Shown one piece after another: positions 1 through 10,838 of a stretch of 64,000 nucleotides of DNA (position 1 is its first letter; the number at the start of each line of letters is the position of its first letter). Source of the stretch: Podospora anserina (Eukaryota); NCBI GenBank assembly GCA_017654855.1, contig CM030332.1, positions 434,001-498,000 on the forward strand, written 5' to 3'. Both the position numbers and the translations under genes were made by a program. The notes below the pieces were generated by a model that did not search any database, was not told the origin of the DNA, and saw nothing but the letters and a program-made list of their open reading frames with translations.

Positions 1-910
1 CCTGACGCGCAAGAACAACAGCGGCATTACCCTTGCCCTTGCCCTTGCCCTTGCCAACTTGAAGCTGTTGGGCACCGGCACCAACGAGTCTGAGAAGGTC
101 ATTGATAGCACCATTAGCATTGCCCTTGCCCTTGCCCTGAGCCTGACCAACAAGTAAGCCCAAAAGCTGGTTGAGCTGGCCTCTGTTGACGTTTTGGCCC
201 TGGCCCTGGAGCTGACCAGTGACAAGCTGGAGGAGCTGGTTGAGCTGAGCGTTACCGTTGCCGTTGCCGTTGCCTCTGAGGACCTGGCCGAGGAGCAGCT
301 CCAGGATGTCATCGACGTCATCGATATCAAGCTCGTCGTCGGAGTCATCGACCCGCACGACACGGTTGACTCTGCCGCCGCCAATCAAGTTGAGAAGTCC
401 GCCAAGGTTCAGGTTGTTGTTGCCGGCGCCGAGGTTGAGGCCATTCCCTCCGATTCCGATGAGCCTCAAGAGATCGTTGATGTTGGCATTGCCTCCTCCA
501 ATAAGCTGGAGCAGATCCTGAAGACGGATGTTGCTGTTATTCTTGCCCTTGCCTCTGTTGTTGTTATTGTTGTTGTTCTTCTTTCCCCTCGCAGGCTCGG
601 TGCCGTTGACGATAACAACAGGCGTGGCTGTAGCGGTTGCCTCGGTGATGGTGGAGATGATCTCCTCGATCTCCTCGGTTGCGGTAGGAGTCTCGGTTAC
701 TACCACCTCTGTTTCCTCAACAGCTGTGGTCTCGGCGACGGTCTCGGCGGCGGTCGTCTCGGCCACCGCGGTCTCGGTGACCACCACAGCCTCGGATGTG
801 ACAGTTACAACAACAGCACCATCCTGAGGAGCAGGGACAGCCTGAACTGCTTGACCGAACAAAAGAGTGGATGCCAGAACGGCGTGTCTCCAGGACAATG
901 TGATGGCCAT
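1..910 (-). CDS. Secreted Thr/Glu-rich, Gly/Asn-rich repeat protein (3' end outside window)
   Basis: Open frame from ATG at 910 to the window edge, absent from the ORF track. It reads MAITLSWRHAVLASTLLFGQAVQA (signal peptide-like), then VPAPQD, a T/E/V/A-rich stalk, and repeated xxLLxL[IV]G units separated by GN/GQ/GK linkers. Confidence 0.8.
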   Translation of the reverse strand, partial: MAITLSWRHAVLASTLLFGQAVQAVPAPQDGAVVVTVTSEAVVVTETAVAETTAAETVAETTAVEETEVVVTETPTATEEIEEIISTITEATATATPVVIVNGTEPARGKKNNNNNNNRGKGKNNSNIRLQDLLQLIGGGNANINDLLRLIGIGGNGLNLGAGNNNLNLGGLLNLIGGGRVNRVVRVDDSDDELDIDDVDDILELLLGQVLRGNGNGNGNAQLNQLLQLVTGQLQGQGQNVNRGQLNQLLGLLVGQAQGKGKGNANGAINDLLRLVGAGAQQLQVGKGKGKGKGNAAVVLARQ

Positions 911-2218
911 TTCGTCTGATTTTGTGGCTTTGTCGTTAGGAAACAAAAAAAGGAACGTTGTCGTAAGTAATGATGCAGAATCAAAAGGATTGTCGTTAAA
1001 AGAAAGAAAAAAAGGGATCAACCCTGGTGACGTTGAAAGAAAGGAGGGAAAGGGCGAAGAAAGGAAGAAACAGCAAAGTCGAGTATCGAACTGACGACCA
1101 AAAGGAGAAAAGGGCTCTGGAAAAAAGGTGGGATGAACCTCCCCTTTTAAAGAGGCACAATTGGGACGAAGCGTCTGTTCTCCTACGAGACACCATCGCG
1201 TTGGATTTGACACATCCTGGCTCGATGTTACCTTGCACTTCGAACCTTCATGCTTAGTCCCATCTCCTGTTTGGAAAAATCTCCTAGGCTCGAGCCAGGG
1301 TGCCAAAACATCGTCAACAGCGGCAGCTGGCGCGCTTCAACGAACCCGGAAGTTGGTAGGTTCCCAAAAGTGCACTGGCAGTCTGAAACCCCACGTCGAT
1401 CAGTCGTCTCGAACCCTGGGATGTGCCGTCCTCGCGCTAGCTTCATCAGAAGTGTGGTGCGGCTCTTCAGTCGCTCGAGGTTGCATTGAGCGGCAGCCAT
1501 TGGGTCTTCGGTTGCCCCTGTGGGGATCGTAGCGTGCCCTTGGGGTTTGGTGCCAAGATCTTGGGAACCTGGAGAAAGTGTTTCAGCTCTCCGTCTCAGA
1601 CGAAGTAACCTGTCACTGCGATTTGGTGGACAAAAGGAGAAAGTCGCCTACACTACCTCAACGAAGCCATTGCCGATGGTAATACAGCAAGGTTCTTCAA
1701 GCAAGAAAAACCAATGTCGAGTTTTGAGTTTGTTGTTTCCTGCTGGCTCCATCCCCTGCGTGTTTGAAGCTTTCTTTAGACCAAGGGCCAGGCGCACCAA
1801 TCAGAGACGAGGAGTTGACCAGAAATATGTCAACACAACCATTCCATCAACCGTCGTCTGGCCTGACTTCAAGGAGGTGGGAGATAATAATAGAACCTCA
1901 GACCAGACGAAATCATGCATAGATGATCTTCTAAGCGGCCGATCAGATGGATAAGCCCTTGGGGTTGTCGGTTACTGTGTCGATGCAGACTGGCCTAACC
2001 TTGAAATCAGAGACGGCGTATTGATCTTGATCCTTGATGTTTGTCGACCATCCGCGCTGTTTACCATGGTTGCCGACCCTCCACCTTACTGCAACCCAGC
2101 TTCCGTGCCTTGGTCACATTGGCCCGGTCCAAGCAAGTGTACATGGATCTCGCCGAGTTTGTTTTCGGGCTTGGCATGGACGCAATGCATCCTGCGACAA
2201 AGAGAGTCCGATGCTCAA

Positions 2219-4513
2219 TCAAGGGAGCGTAAACTTATAAAGTTGCGTGCCCTGCCCTTTCTTCAACCTTCCATCTTGAAAGGCGGGGCAGTGGTCGAAA
2301 TACTCCCCATGCATTAGACCGTGGACATATGCCTCACCAACCAGCAAATACTCACCACTCCCATCATCTCGTGGACGTACAAGAAATGGCATACCCGCGC
2401 CGCTGATAATCACCAGCATATCCCCTGGCATGGTGTGAGCGGGCCCATATCCCATCCATCCTCCCGGCGTGACAAACGCACAGCGTGAGTGAAAAACAAT
2501 GTGAGATATCTGAGCAGAAAACAGCTACATCCATTACAAAACGACTGAGCTTGTCCACGTCGCCCTCCCAATTTCCAAGAAGCCCATGGGTTTTTATTCT
2601 GGTTTTCTTTGCCCTCCAGTAGTGCAGTAATAGCGATGCCTCATCGGGATACAGAGTTTGTAGGTAGTAAACCAGTTCATCTCTCGCAAACTCATGTGCT
2701 GGACTAGTGCAGCTTCGGGATTCATGAGGTACAACGTCTCCTATCCTTGTCCTCCAAAGAGCCTCATTGGAAGGGCAAGGTGAATTGATAGTCCCAGGTG
2801 CCTGCCAGAAAGCTGATTAGCTCTGTCGTCCCATGCGTTCCTAGAGTGCTGCCATCTCGCGATGAGTAACAAATCCCCATGTCGGCACATGGTAGCCTGA
2901 GAAGCGGTTCCCTAGGCATTTTTGGGCTGTAATTGGGGTTTGAACAAGTGGCAATAGTTGAAGACTCCGTTTTGTGTTCGAAATTCGGTTTGATCGTCTG
3001 TTTTCCTGTCTTTTTCCTGACTCTCATCAACACGTGTTGTTTGTGGCTGACAGCCAAAGCAGGTCCCACATGATTGAGCAACGCGAGAGAACACATTCGC
3101 GAACGCTTCAGAATCGGGTTGTCGGTTTCGGCCTGCTGGCTGTGTGCGGAAAGCATTGTCGGTTAGCTCCACTTCATCTACCGGAAAGGCCCATACACCC
3201 AGTCGTTGACCTTGGGCGAGTTGGAATTCATTTGAGAGACATCCAGAGGCACGGTATATTGCTGCCCGTCGGTAGGTTATGCCTACCAGCGGGAGCGGAG
3301 CTGATGGAGCACGAACGAGCCGCTGATCCAAACGTGGCAACCAACTTGGCCACGGTTGCTCATCATCCCATTCCCGCAAACCGGCACACCATGACAAAAT
3401 ATTGAGACTGCCGGATTGACCGAATGAATACTGAACAAAGGTGGCGAAGACTGACTGAACATCTGCGCTGTAGTCTACCGGAATATGAAATGTCGCTTCG
3501 CGGGGTTCAAGTCCTAGTAAGCCGTAGATCTTGTCTCTTGGATTTGACACGAGCTGTGGATTCGTTATCAGGATAAGTTCTTTCAAATCCAGGTGTCCTT
3601 TTGTTGCCTGCACTATATTCCGTAGCTGCAGGGCCGCTCTAGCCAAAAGTTATCCATCGTCGTGTGAAAAAAGTCCAGTTTAAACCGTTGTTGGAACGCT
3701 GGATAATCGGTTTCAAAATAGCTAGGCGTAAGGTGAACCCGGAGCTGGTCGAATCCAAGCAGAAGCAGTCCCAACACATGCTCGAGTTGCCTATCATCAT
3801 CAACGGGGGCTTACTAGGCAGGGTAAACTCCTGAAGGATCCACGTTCTCCGGAACCAGGGGCAAAAAGGATGTTGGATATGCCCATTATTGCATCAAGGA
3901 TTGAACATGAGGCCAAATGAATCTTATCTGCTGTAATGAATCCGACGTGTCTTTGTAATGTTGGGCAGCCGGGATAGTTGCATCTCGAACGGCCAACTCC
4001 TGTCTCAAATCCATGACTTGGTCGGTAGATTGGTTCCCTGTCCCAAGCCAGACTAGGACAGTTGCATGAGAGTAGATTGTGCACATGAGTGGCATCTGTG
4101 TATTCTTTTCGGTGATATTCGCCTGGTCGATGCAAATAGCGTCTACCCACAGCATGAGGGGCAATCCATTGCAGAATTTGGGACGAATTATCCGCAGTGC
4201 AGCGTGGAGGATTGCTGAGACATTGACAACATGCCTGTTGAGTCTGAGTGACGGTAACCCTCCTCCTGTTTGATCCGTGCTCGAGGTATTCACTTCTTGG
4301 TGCCAGGCGTACGACAACGCGCTGAATTCCGGAGGACGGTCGAGACTTTGTGCAAACAACTCTCCCAGATATACGCTCGTCGTCCGCTCCCGGGTGAAGC
4401 TTTAGCAATCTGATCTCTCGTGCTTGCGCGTCAAGTGGTACTGAGGAGTATAGTAGAGTGTTCGCAGTCTATCGGGCGGCTTGCTGCTCAGGGGTCGTGG
4501 TGCAGGACATCAT
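2219..4513 (-). pseudogene. HET-domain (HET-6-like) heterokaryon incompatibility protein, disrupted
   Basis: Motifs occur in order but in different frames: EIRLLKLHPG, FSALSYAW, LWVDAICIDQ...EKNTQMPLMCTIY, WFRRTWILQE, RDKIYGLLGL, PSWLP, and C-terminal GDMLVIISGAGMPFLVR...YLLVGEAYVHGLMHGE. There is an in-frame TAG at 4469-4471 and several frameshifts (e.g. near 4365 and near 3880). Confidence 0.88.
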
Positions 4514-4714
4514 CAGTAGCGAGGTTTTTTTCAGTGCCGAGGATCTCACTACAAGACTGAAACATACTGCGATACGCCGGTTTAGCTTGTGCGCTTTTGG
4601 TGTTATTCTGACAGATTAAGGAAAGGCACAACTACCATGTCAAAAATCTGTATTAAAAGTTTCTACTGTATCCTATCCAATACCAGCTCAGACAGACGCC
4701 ATCCCATCAACCCC

Positions 4715-5803
4715 CTACTTGAACTGTAGAGTACCGTTGGCGTTTCCTATCCGCTCATCCAGATTGAGGGAGCTGCTGACCCAGCAGCCATCACCTCTGC
4801 GAAGCTCAGCAACCAGTCTCTTGCCGCAGTCCTCAAGGCGCACATTTCTCGCCGAAGAACCAAAGTTGCCGCCAGCCTGGCCGCCCTGGCTACCACCTCC
4901 AGGAAGCTTGATCACTTGACCGGGGTGGATCAAATCGGGGTTCTGGAGGCAGTTGATCTTGGCCAGCTCTTGCCAGTTGGTACCGTGACGCTGGGCAATG
5001 TCGCGGAGGGTGTCGCCGGGCTGAACAGTCACGCTGCTGGGCTTGTTGCCGCAGCTGTTGATGTTGGCGCCGCCAGAAGTCCAGCGGAAGTTGCCGTTGC
5101 TGTTCTCGATGATCTTGTTCAGGCTGATGCTGGTGGGCTGGTAGGAGCCATCAAGACGGCGGCACTCGCAGTGCAGCATGAACTCGCCGTGGGCGTCCAA
5201 GCGGATATCCTTGGCGGAACCGCTGAAGTTGCCGCCATGGCTAACACCGTTATCGCGAGGCTGGTTGCTGTGATGGTGTTGCTGCTGTTGCTGTGGCTGA
5301 GAAGCGCGTCTCCGGTCCTCCTCCTCTCTTCTGCGTCTGTCCTCCTCGTCCCTGCGCTTGCGGTCCTCGTCATCTCTCCTCCTTCTGTCGTCATCCTCCT
5401 TCCGTCTCTTCTCGTCCTCCTCTCTCTTCCTCTTCTCCTCCTCCTCGCGGCGGATCCTGTCCTCTTCCTCCTTCTTCTTCTTCTCCTTCTCTTCGTCCTT
5501 CTTGTCCTTCCAGTCCTCAACACCGTCCTGCAGCTTGTGACCGGCAACTGCACCGGCAACAGCGCCGAGGACGGTGCTCAGCTTGCTGTGGCCGGTCTTG
5601 CCGCCAATCTTGTTACCACCGAAACCACCGGCTATACCACCACCAACGGCGCCGAGGAAGCCACGCTCCTGTTGATCGCCATGTTGTGGGTTGCTGCCTT
5701 GGTAGTGCTGTTGGGTCTGTTGGGCAGCGGCGGCGTAGTAAGAGGCAGCTTCGCCCTGGACATTGCTGCCCTGGTTGTTGTTGTTGTTGTTGTGGTAGCT
5801 CAT
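4715..5803 (-). CDS. Glycine-zipper + coiled-coil + split CVNH domain with inserted LysM (type III CVNH-like lectin)
   Basis: Intact 362-aa ORF. N/Q-rich N-terminus; GFLGAVGGGIAGGFGG...LGAVAGAVAG glycine zipper; K/E/R/D coil; CVNH half 1 (NFSGSAKDIRL...SISLNKIIENSNGNFRW); LysM (VTVQPGDTLRDIAQRHGTNWQELAKINCLQNPDLIHPGQVIKLP); CVNH half 2 (NFGSSARNVRL...LNLDERIGNANGTLQF). Confidence 0.92.
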   Translation of the reverse strand: MSYHNNNNNNQGSNVQGEAASYYAAAAQQTQQHYQGSNPQHGDQQERGFLGAVGGGIAGGFGGNKIGGKTGHSKLSTVLGAVAGAVAGHKLQDGVEDWKDKKDEEKEKKKKEEEDRIRREEEEKRKREEDEKRRKEDDDRRRRDDEDRKRRDEEDRRRREEEDRRRASQPQQQQQHHHSNQPRDNGVSHGGNFSGSAKDIRLDAHGEFMLHCECRRLDGSYQPTSISLNKIIENSNGNFRWTSGGANINSCGNKPSSVTVQPGDTLRDIAQRHGTNWQELAKINCLQNPDLIHPGQVIKLPGGGSQGGQAGGNFGSSARNVRLEDCGKRLVAELRRGDGCWVSSSLNLDERIGNANGTLQFK

Positions 5804-6753
5804 GGTGAAGGTTTCTGGTGAGTCTGATGGGGCGGTCTGTGTGTAGTTGATATCTTCAGAGGGGGAAATAGGGCAAAGGCCGCAAGGTGGTGAGGTTTTG
5901 TGTGGATGTTTGTGTGAGGATATCGAGGCAAGGTCGGTCCAAGACTACAGCTTATATAGACCAACAGTTCGCAATGGGGTCATCTTGAGCGGTCGTCGGA
6001 CTTTGAGGACCCTTGTGGTCCAGACCTCACCGCACCGCCGCAAGCACTGGCCACTTGCCGCCGCTCGAGTCGGACGAAACAGTCGCGGTCCCACTCCGGG
6101 GCCCACTTGGGTTCAGCTTCGCCTGGCTTTCGTCGATTCAAGTCGCCAGACCGCCGAGATCGTGGACACGCGCCACGCGTATCAAAGGCTTAGCCAAACC
6201 TTGGCTGCCGTGTTAGCCGTTCCGCCCGACGGTTACCTCCGTCCGAGTGGCGATCGGGGCCCAGGATCGTCCCCGGACGATGCGGAGCGGCGGGGTCCAA
6301 CTGTGGAGTTGGGCTGCCGTCGTACGATCCCTTTCAGCTTGGTGTCTCAACACCAAGCATTTGGGTCCTGCGTGAGCATTGCTGTCGTGTTTCCGTGACA
6401 GGCCTTCGGTTTCTCCGAGTGGCTCTGGATGAACCTAAGGCTTAAGTTGTTGACAGATTATAGAACACGTGTAATTTCTTGTCTTGGTGCTTTACTGATA
6501 GGAATGAAGATGGGAGAGATCACCTGTAAGGGCGACAACCCTCTCCAGCTACAAGAAATCAGGGGATGGAGATGTTCAAGGTGACCGTTTTCTGTCGAGC
6601 AAGGTCACTGTGAGCCCAAATAAGCAGATGAAAAAAAGGCGGTAATAGGTAATCTACAGAAAATAGCAAAATTTATAGAGTACCTATGCGCGAAAGCAGA
6701 AACTACCTAAGCAAACCAAGCCCTATGACCAATACATGCTTGGGCTTGGGTTA

Positions 6754-9067
6754 CTAACCTAAGGTGGGCGGCAATTGCTCACCACGTTTTCTCCCACCTT
6801 GTTGAAGCGGACCTGATGTTTGCAGTATCCACATGGGAAGCATCTGGTCATACACAGCTGCCTCATTGTCAAGGTCGTCATGAAGAAATTCGCTATATTC
6901 CTTCAAAAGCTCACCCTTGACTTTCTTCGCACTGTTCAGCTGCTTTGCTGCATCATCAGGCCGCGACAAAGCAGTCAACACCTTTGAGTACCAATACTGA
7001 GCTCGAGCCACACCTTCAGTTGTCCAGTTGCTTCGATAGTGCCTATTGAGACAGCACTCAAACTCTTGCCTGTTCTTGGGGTCAGTATAAGGCAACATAC
7101 GGTAGACCAAGGCAACCTGAGGTGTGTATCATTCACTTGCTCAACTTCAGCATTGCGACCTTCTAGATGCAGAAGTATTCCCATTGCCTCATGGCTCTTA
7201 AGTGTAAATTGGGCATTCTTCCCACACACTTCAATCCTTGCCTCGAGCACCTTTTGATGTTCATCAAGGGCTTCCTGCACCCTCCCAGCATTGAACAACA
7301 AACATGCCAGGCCATAACGGGAAATTAAGACTGTTGAGTCTTCCCCGCCAGCTTGGGCCCCTCCAATTCCATTCCCTTGCGAGAAAACGCGATAGCTTAG
7401 TCTTGATGGCCTTCTGCCATCAAGACGTGGCCAAGATGGTGGTAGTACTTTGAGTACTCGAAAGGGTATTCGTCTTCGGGGCCCCATTTTTTGTAGTAGA
7501 TCAATAGCTCCTCCATGATTTCGCGTGTTTCTCAAACTGGCCGCGTTGCAGGTAGGCACAAGCAAGGTCCCCTTTTGGGTTTCCCCACCGGATCTGATCC
7601 TCGACTGTTACCTCTTTGGGAGGGATGCTGGCCAGTTTCTTCTTCCCGCAGCGTGAGCAGTACTTGACGATACTCCAAACTTACCCCACATCGACTGACA
7701 CCGATGCAGTCGGCCAATCTTCCAGTAACAAGATAAATGTCACTAATGAGAGCCTTACACTCTGCACTCTCTCCAACCGAGGTTGGCTGTTTCTTGATAA
7801 TCTCATCGGCTGTCTTCATAGCCAAGTCACACTCTCTGATCTGCCCCATATGCCAAAGGAAGCATCCAATGTTGGACAGCATTTTGGCAAACTCAATGTC
7901 GAAATCCATGGGAGGCTCAGGGCAAAGTGAGTTTCGCCGCAATGCGAGTACCTGGGGTACGTATCGGGTGAACTCGGGCCATATCTTCTTTTCGTTCTGG
8001 GCCAGGCGTGATGCTTGTGGCGGTACTGCGTTCAGCATGGCAATGACTTCCATGCATACTGTGGCACGGAGTGAAGCGTCCTCGTTTTTGGCTAGGCCGT
8101 CCAGCAAGTTCATCTGCAGAGAACGGTGAATTTCGAGTTGATGCCCACCGTCCCCTTCCTGTCTTTTGACGAGCTGTCGGAGACCTAGGTCTCGTCGTAT
8201 TGAAAGATACTTCTCCTCGTCATTCATGAACTGAAGAGATGATAAGCCATGTCCTGCCGAGTATCTGAGAAGTGTTTCCGGTATACCATGAGGACTGAGG
8301 AATGCCAAGATATGTAGGAAGTGACGAGACTGTTTGCTGATCTTGGACAAGGCAAGGTCGAAGACGATTGACAATGTCCTGTCATAATTGCGTAGAGTTT
8401 CTGTGCCAGAGCTTGCCCAAATCTGTCATGTCTTCTGAAGACTTTTGAAAATCTCGACCATCGAGGACGATGAGCACTTCTGGTACCCTGCGACCGTGAC
8501 AATAGCCAGTGGTAAGCCTCCGACCCAGGTACAAATCTCATGAGCTATACCATCCTCTTCCTCGTCCTTGGCACTGTCCTCCCAGGCCGTGAATTACAAT
8601 GCATGCAGGATTCTCACTTTGGGACGATCTTCGAGTCATGAAATAATCATGAATCTCTTGCATTGTGTCTTCGCGACCCACAAAAGAAGGATTCGGGGAC
8701 CAGGTGATGTTGGTCACTAGGGAGGGCACATCATGGCTGCTTGAAGAAGTTGTTGGCCGACCCTCTTGCGCGCCCAGCTGCAGCCAAAGGGTGGGGGCAT
8801 TTATCCCATCTGCTGAAACTTTGGACAACACATCTCCCTGAGGACGTATCCTACTTGTCTGCCTCCGTAACACCACATGCCACTTGTACCGTTCCAAAGC
8901 CCAATTCGCTTACGCGAGCCCAATCTGATGTCGGCCAAATGCCCATTGTCCGATATTTCTATTCCTTTGAGGAGTTGAGTTTCTTTCCATATAATTCTCG
9001 TCCTGCGGGATGCCAACTCCACCTTCGTGCTAACGGATTCTTTCGAGATAACAACCTCCTCCACCAT
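6754..9067 (-). pseudogene. Fungal NLR (NB-ARC + TPR), truncated, internally deleted and frameshifted
   Basis: PNPSFVGRED...IVIHGLGG (start of the P-loop), then in another frame ICTWVGGLPLAIVTVAGY, then LSIVFDLALSKIS...LAFLSPHGIPETLL, then TPR-like helices (YGLACLLFNAGRVQEALDEHQKVLEAR; ARAQYWYSKVL). Contains internal stops and frameshifts; the 5' boundary is uncertain. Confidence 0.82.
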
Positions 9068-9089
9068 TCCTCACACGAACCTAGCGCCG

Positions 9090-10354
9090 ATGGCTCTTTT
9101 CTGCCATCTCCCCGACACACTACGTCAATTCCCCCGTCTCTTCCGACGTACCCCGAAGATCCCAGCCGCCCGCAAACATACGATGAAAGCAGTAACCGAG
9201 TGCTCCCGTCTGCAAGAGTTGACTCCCTCCATCCTTGTGATCCTACATGTATCCGGTGCTGCTGGAGCTTCCGTTGGCGTTCTCGACGGTCAAACAAACC
9301 AACTGCATGTCGCTGGCTACGGGTATCGCGATGTAGAGGAAATGAGCGTACGGTTTATCACCTTGCCTCTCTCTCGAAAAGCTTCACGGCAGCCGCTATT
9401 GCTCTGTTAGTAGCCGATGGAAAATTGGCATTCGGAGACCGCATGTGTGATATCCTTCCAGGCTTCCACCATGCAAACGACGCAATCAATTCTCAAAGCA
9501 CGTTGCTTGATTTCCTCTCCCGTCGAACCGGTCTTGCAAGCAAGAACGCACTGTGGCAGCAAGACGGACCTGAGATTTTACTCGGTGAGAACGACACGCT
9601 ACCAATGGTCTCCTATATGGAGGCGGCTCAACCATTGGGGGAGCAATGGACTTATAATAACTTCGGCTACGACATTCTAACAAACATCATTGCCTACGCG
9701 TCAGGATAGTCCTGGGGCGAGTTCGTTACTTCTCGAATACTTCAAACGTTGAGCTTGCAAGACACAACGACGGCCGCTCACCCCCCAGAGGAAAATTGGG
9801 CTCGTGGATACATGCCTGGCCCGGATGGGACGCTCACGGGTGTTGGAAGACCCCAAATTTCTGAAGGGACCGTCCAACAAGCAGCCAATGGGGTGAAGAG
9901 TAGTGTCAATGATCTCTTGGTGTATTATAAGGCTGTGTTGGATGCCTGGCGTTTGGAAACAGGCAGTGGAATAAGCCAAGACCAGAACTTGCCACCGCTC
10001 AAGAGTGTCAAAGAACTTCTGACATCACATATACCCCTGGATCCCGACGCTGATGGACAATGGTATAGCGCAGGGTGGGCAACGTCGGGGCCGGACGACT
10101 GTAGCGAGAAGAACGACTACGTTTCCCTGGCCAAGCAGAGCGCCGCCGCCTATGATGACATGTGGACTCGATGGCCAGACCTTGATGTGCCAACCTATGT
10201 CTTTCATTTTGGCACAGATGAGAAGGGTCATATCGAGACTCTCCAGTGGGAGCATGACCCTGATGTGCCGGGCGGTGAAACATTTGTGAAGAAATCCAAT
10301 GAGACCCTTGATCATAGGGTGCCCACGGAGCTCTCAGGAACGGTGAAGAGGTAA
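9090..10354 (+). pseudogene. Beta-lactamase/serine hydrolase family protein, disrupted
   Basis: GASVGVLDG...AGYGYRDVE, then a frameshift near 9340, then TVYHLASLSKSFTAAAIALLV (SxxK), LLDFLSRRTGL, WTYNNFGYDIL (YxN), an in-frame TAG at 9707-9709, and AANGVKSSVNDLL. The C-terminal part looks shortened by deletions. Confidence 0.82.
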
Positions 10355-10838
10355 TGGTGTAAAACTGGGGTGGGATTGAAAAGAGACATGGTGGATTCAG
10401 TATGTATACGTGCCTGTTCCGATGACAGTAACTCTCAAACTGGCTGGAACGGTTTGTAGAAGAAGCAGTTATTATGTGTCCTCGAGGCGTACTAATTTTG
10501 TATTCTTCAATGTATTGACCACTTGGCGGCTAAGATGACCTGATCTTCATTTGACCGCACAAACAACATAGGGACCCATAAATGATATAACAATTGAAAC
10601 ATGGTGAGGTAATGCCGAAAGGCTACCAATTCCGCACTTTCGATATGACATCATAGACATCATCCATCTGCTCGAACCACATAAAGCTCACCGCGCAGTA
10701 ACACGGTATTTGCCTTTTGTGTGACTTCTAAAGACCAACCACAACAACCAAACACTTCTAGATACCATCAAGCTGTTTCCTCTCTCACTTTTTTTCCACG
10801 CATAACACCCACGGACAGAAACCTTACCTACCTACACA

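Noticed and set aside
194-919. 241-aa plus-strand ORF
   Set aside because: Antisense shadow of the minus-strand secreted protein, which has the ATG, signal peptide and coherent repeats.
4469-4471. In-frame TAG in the HET gene as an A-to-I editing-corrected stop
   Set aside because: The gene also has several frameshifts that editing cannot repair.
4916-5821. 301-aa Leu-rich plus-strand ORF
   Set aside because: Antisense of the K/E-rich coil of the CVNH-LysM gene.
9707-9709. In-frame TAG in the beta-lactamase-like gene as an editing target
   Set aside because: A frameshift and apparent deletions also disrupt the gene; a nonsense mutation is the simpler explanation.
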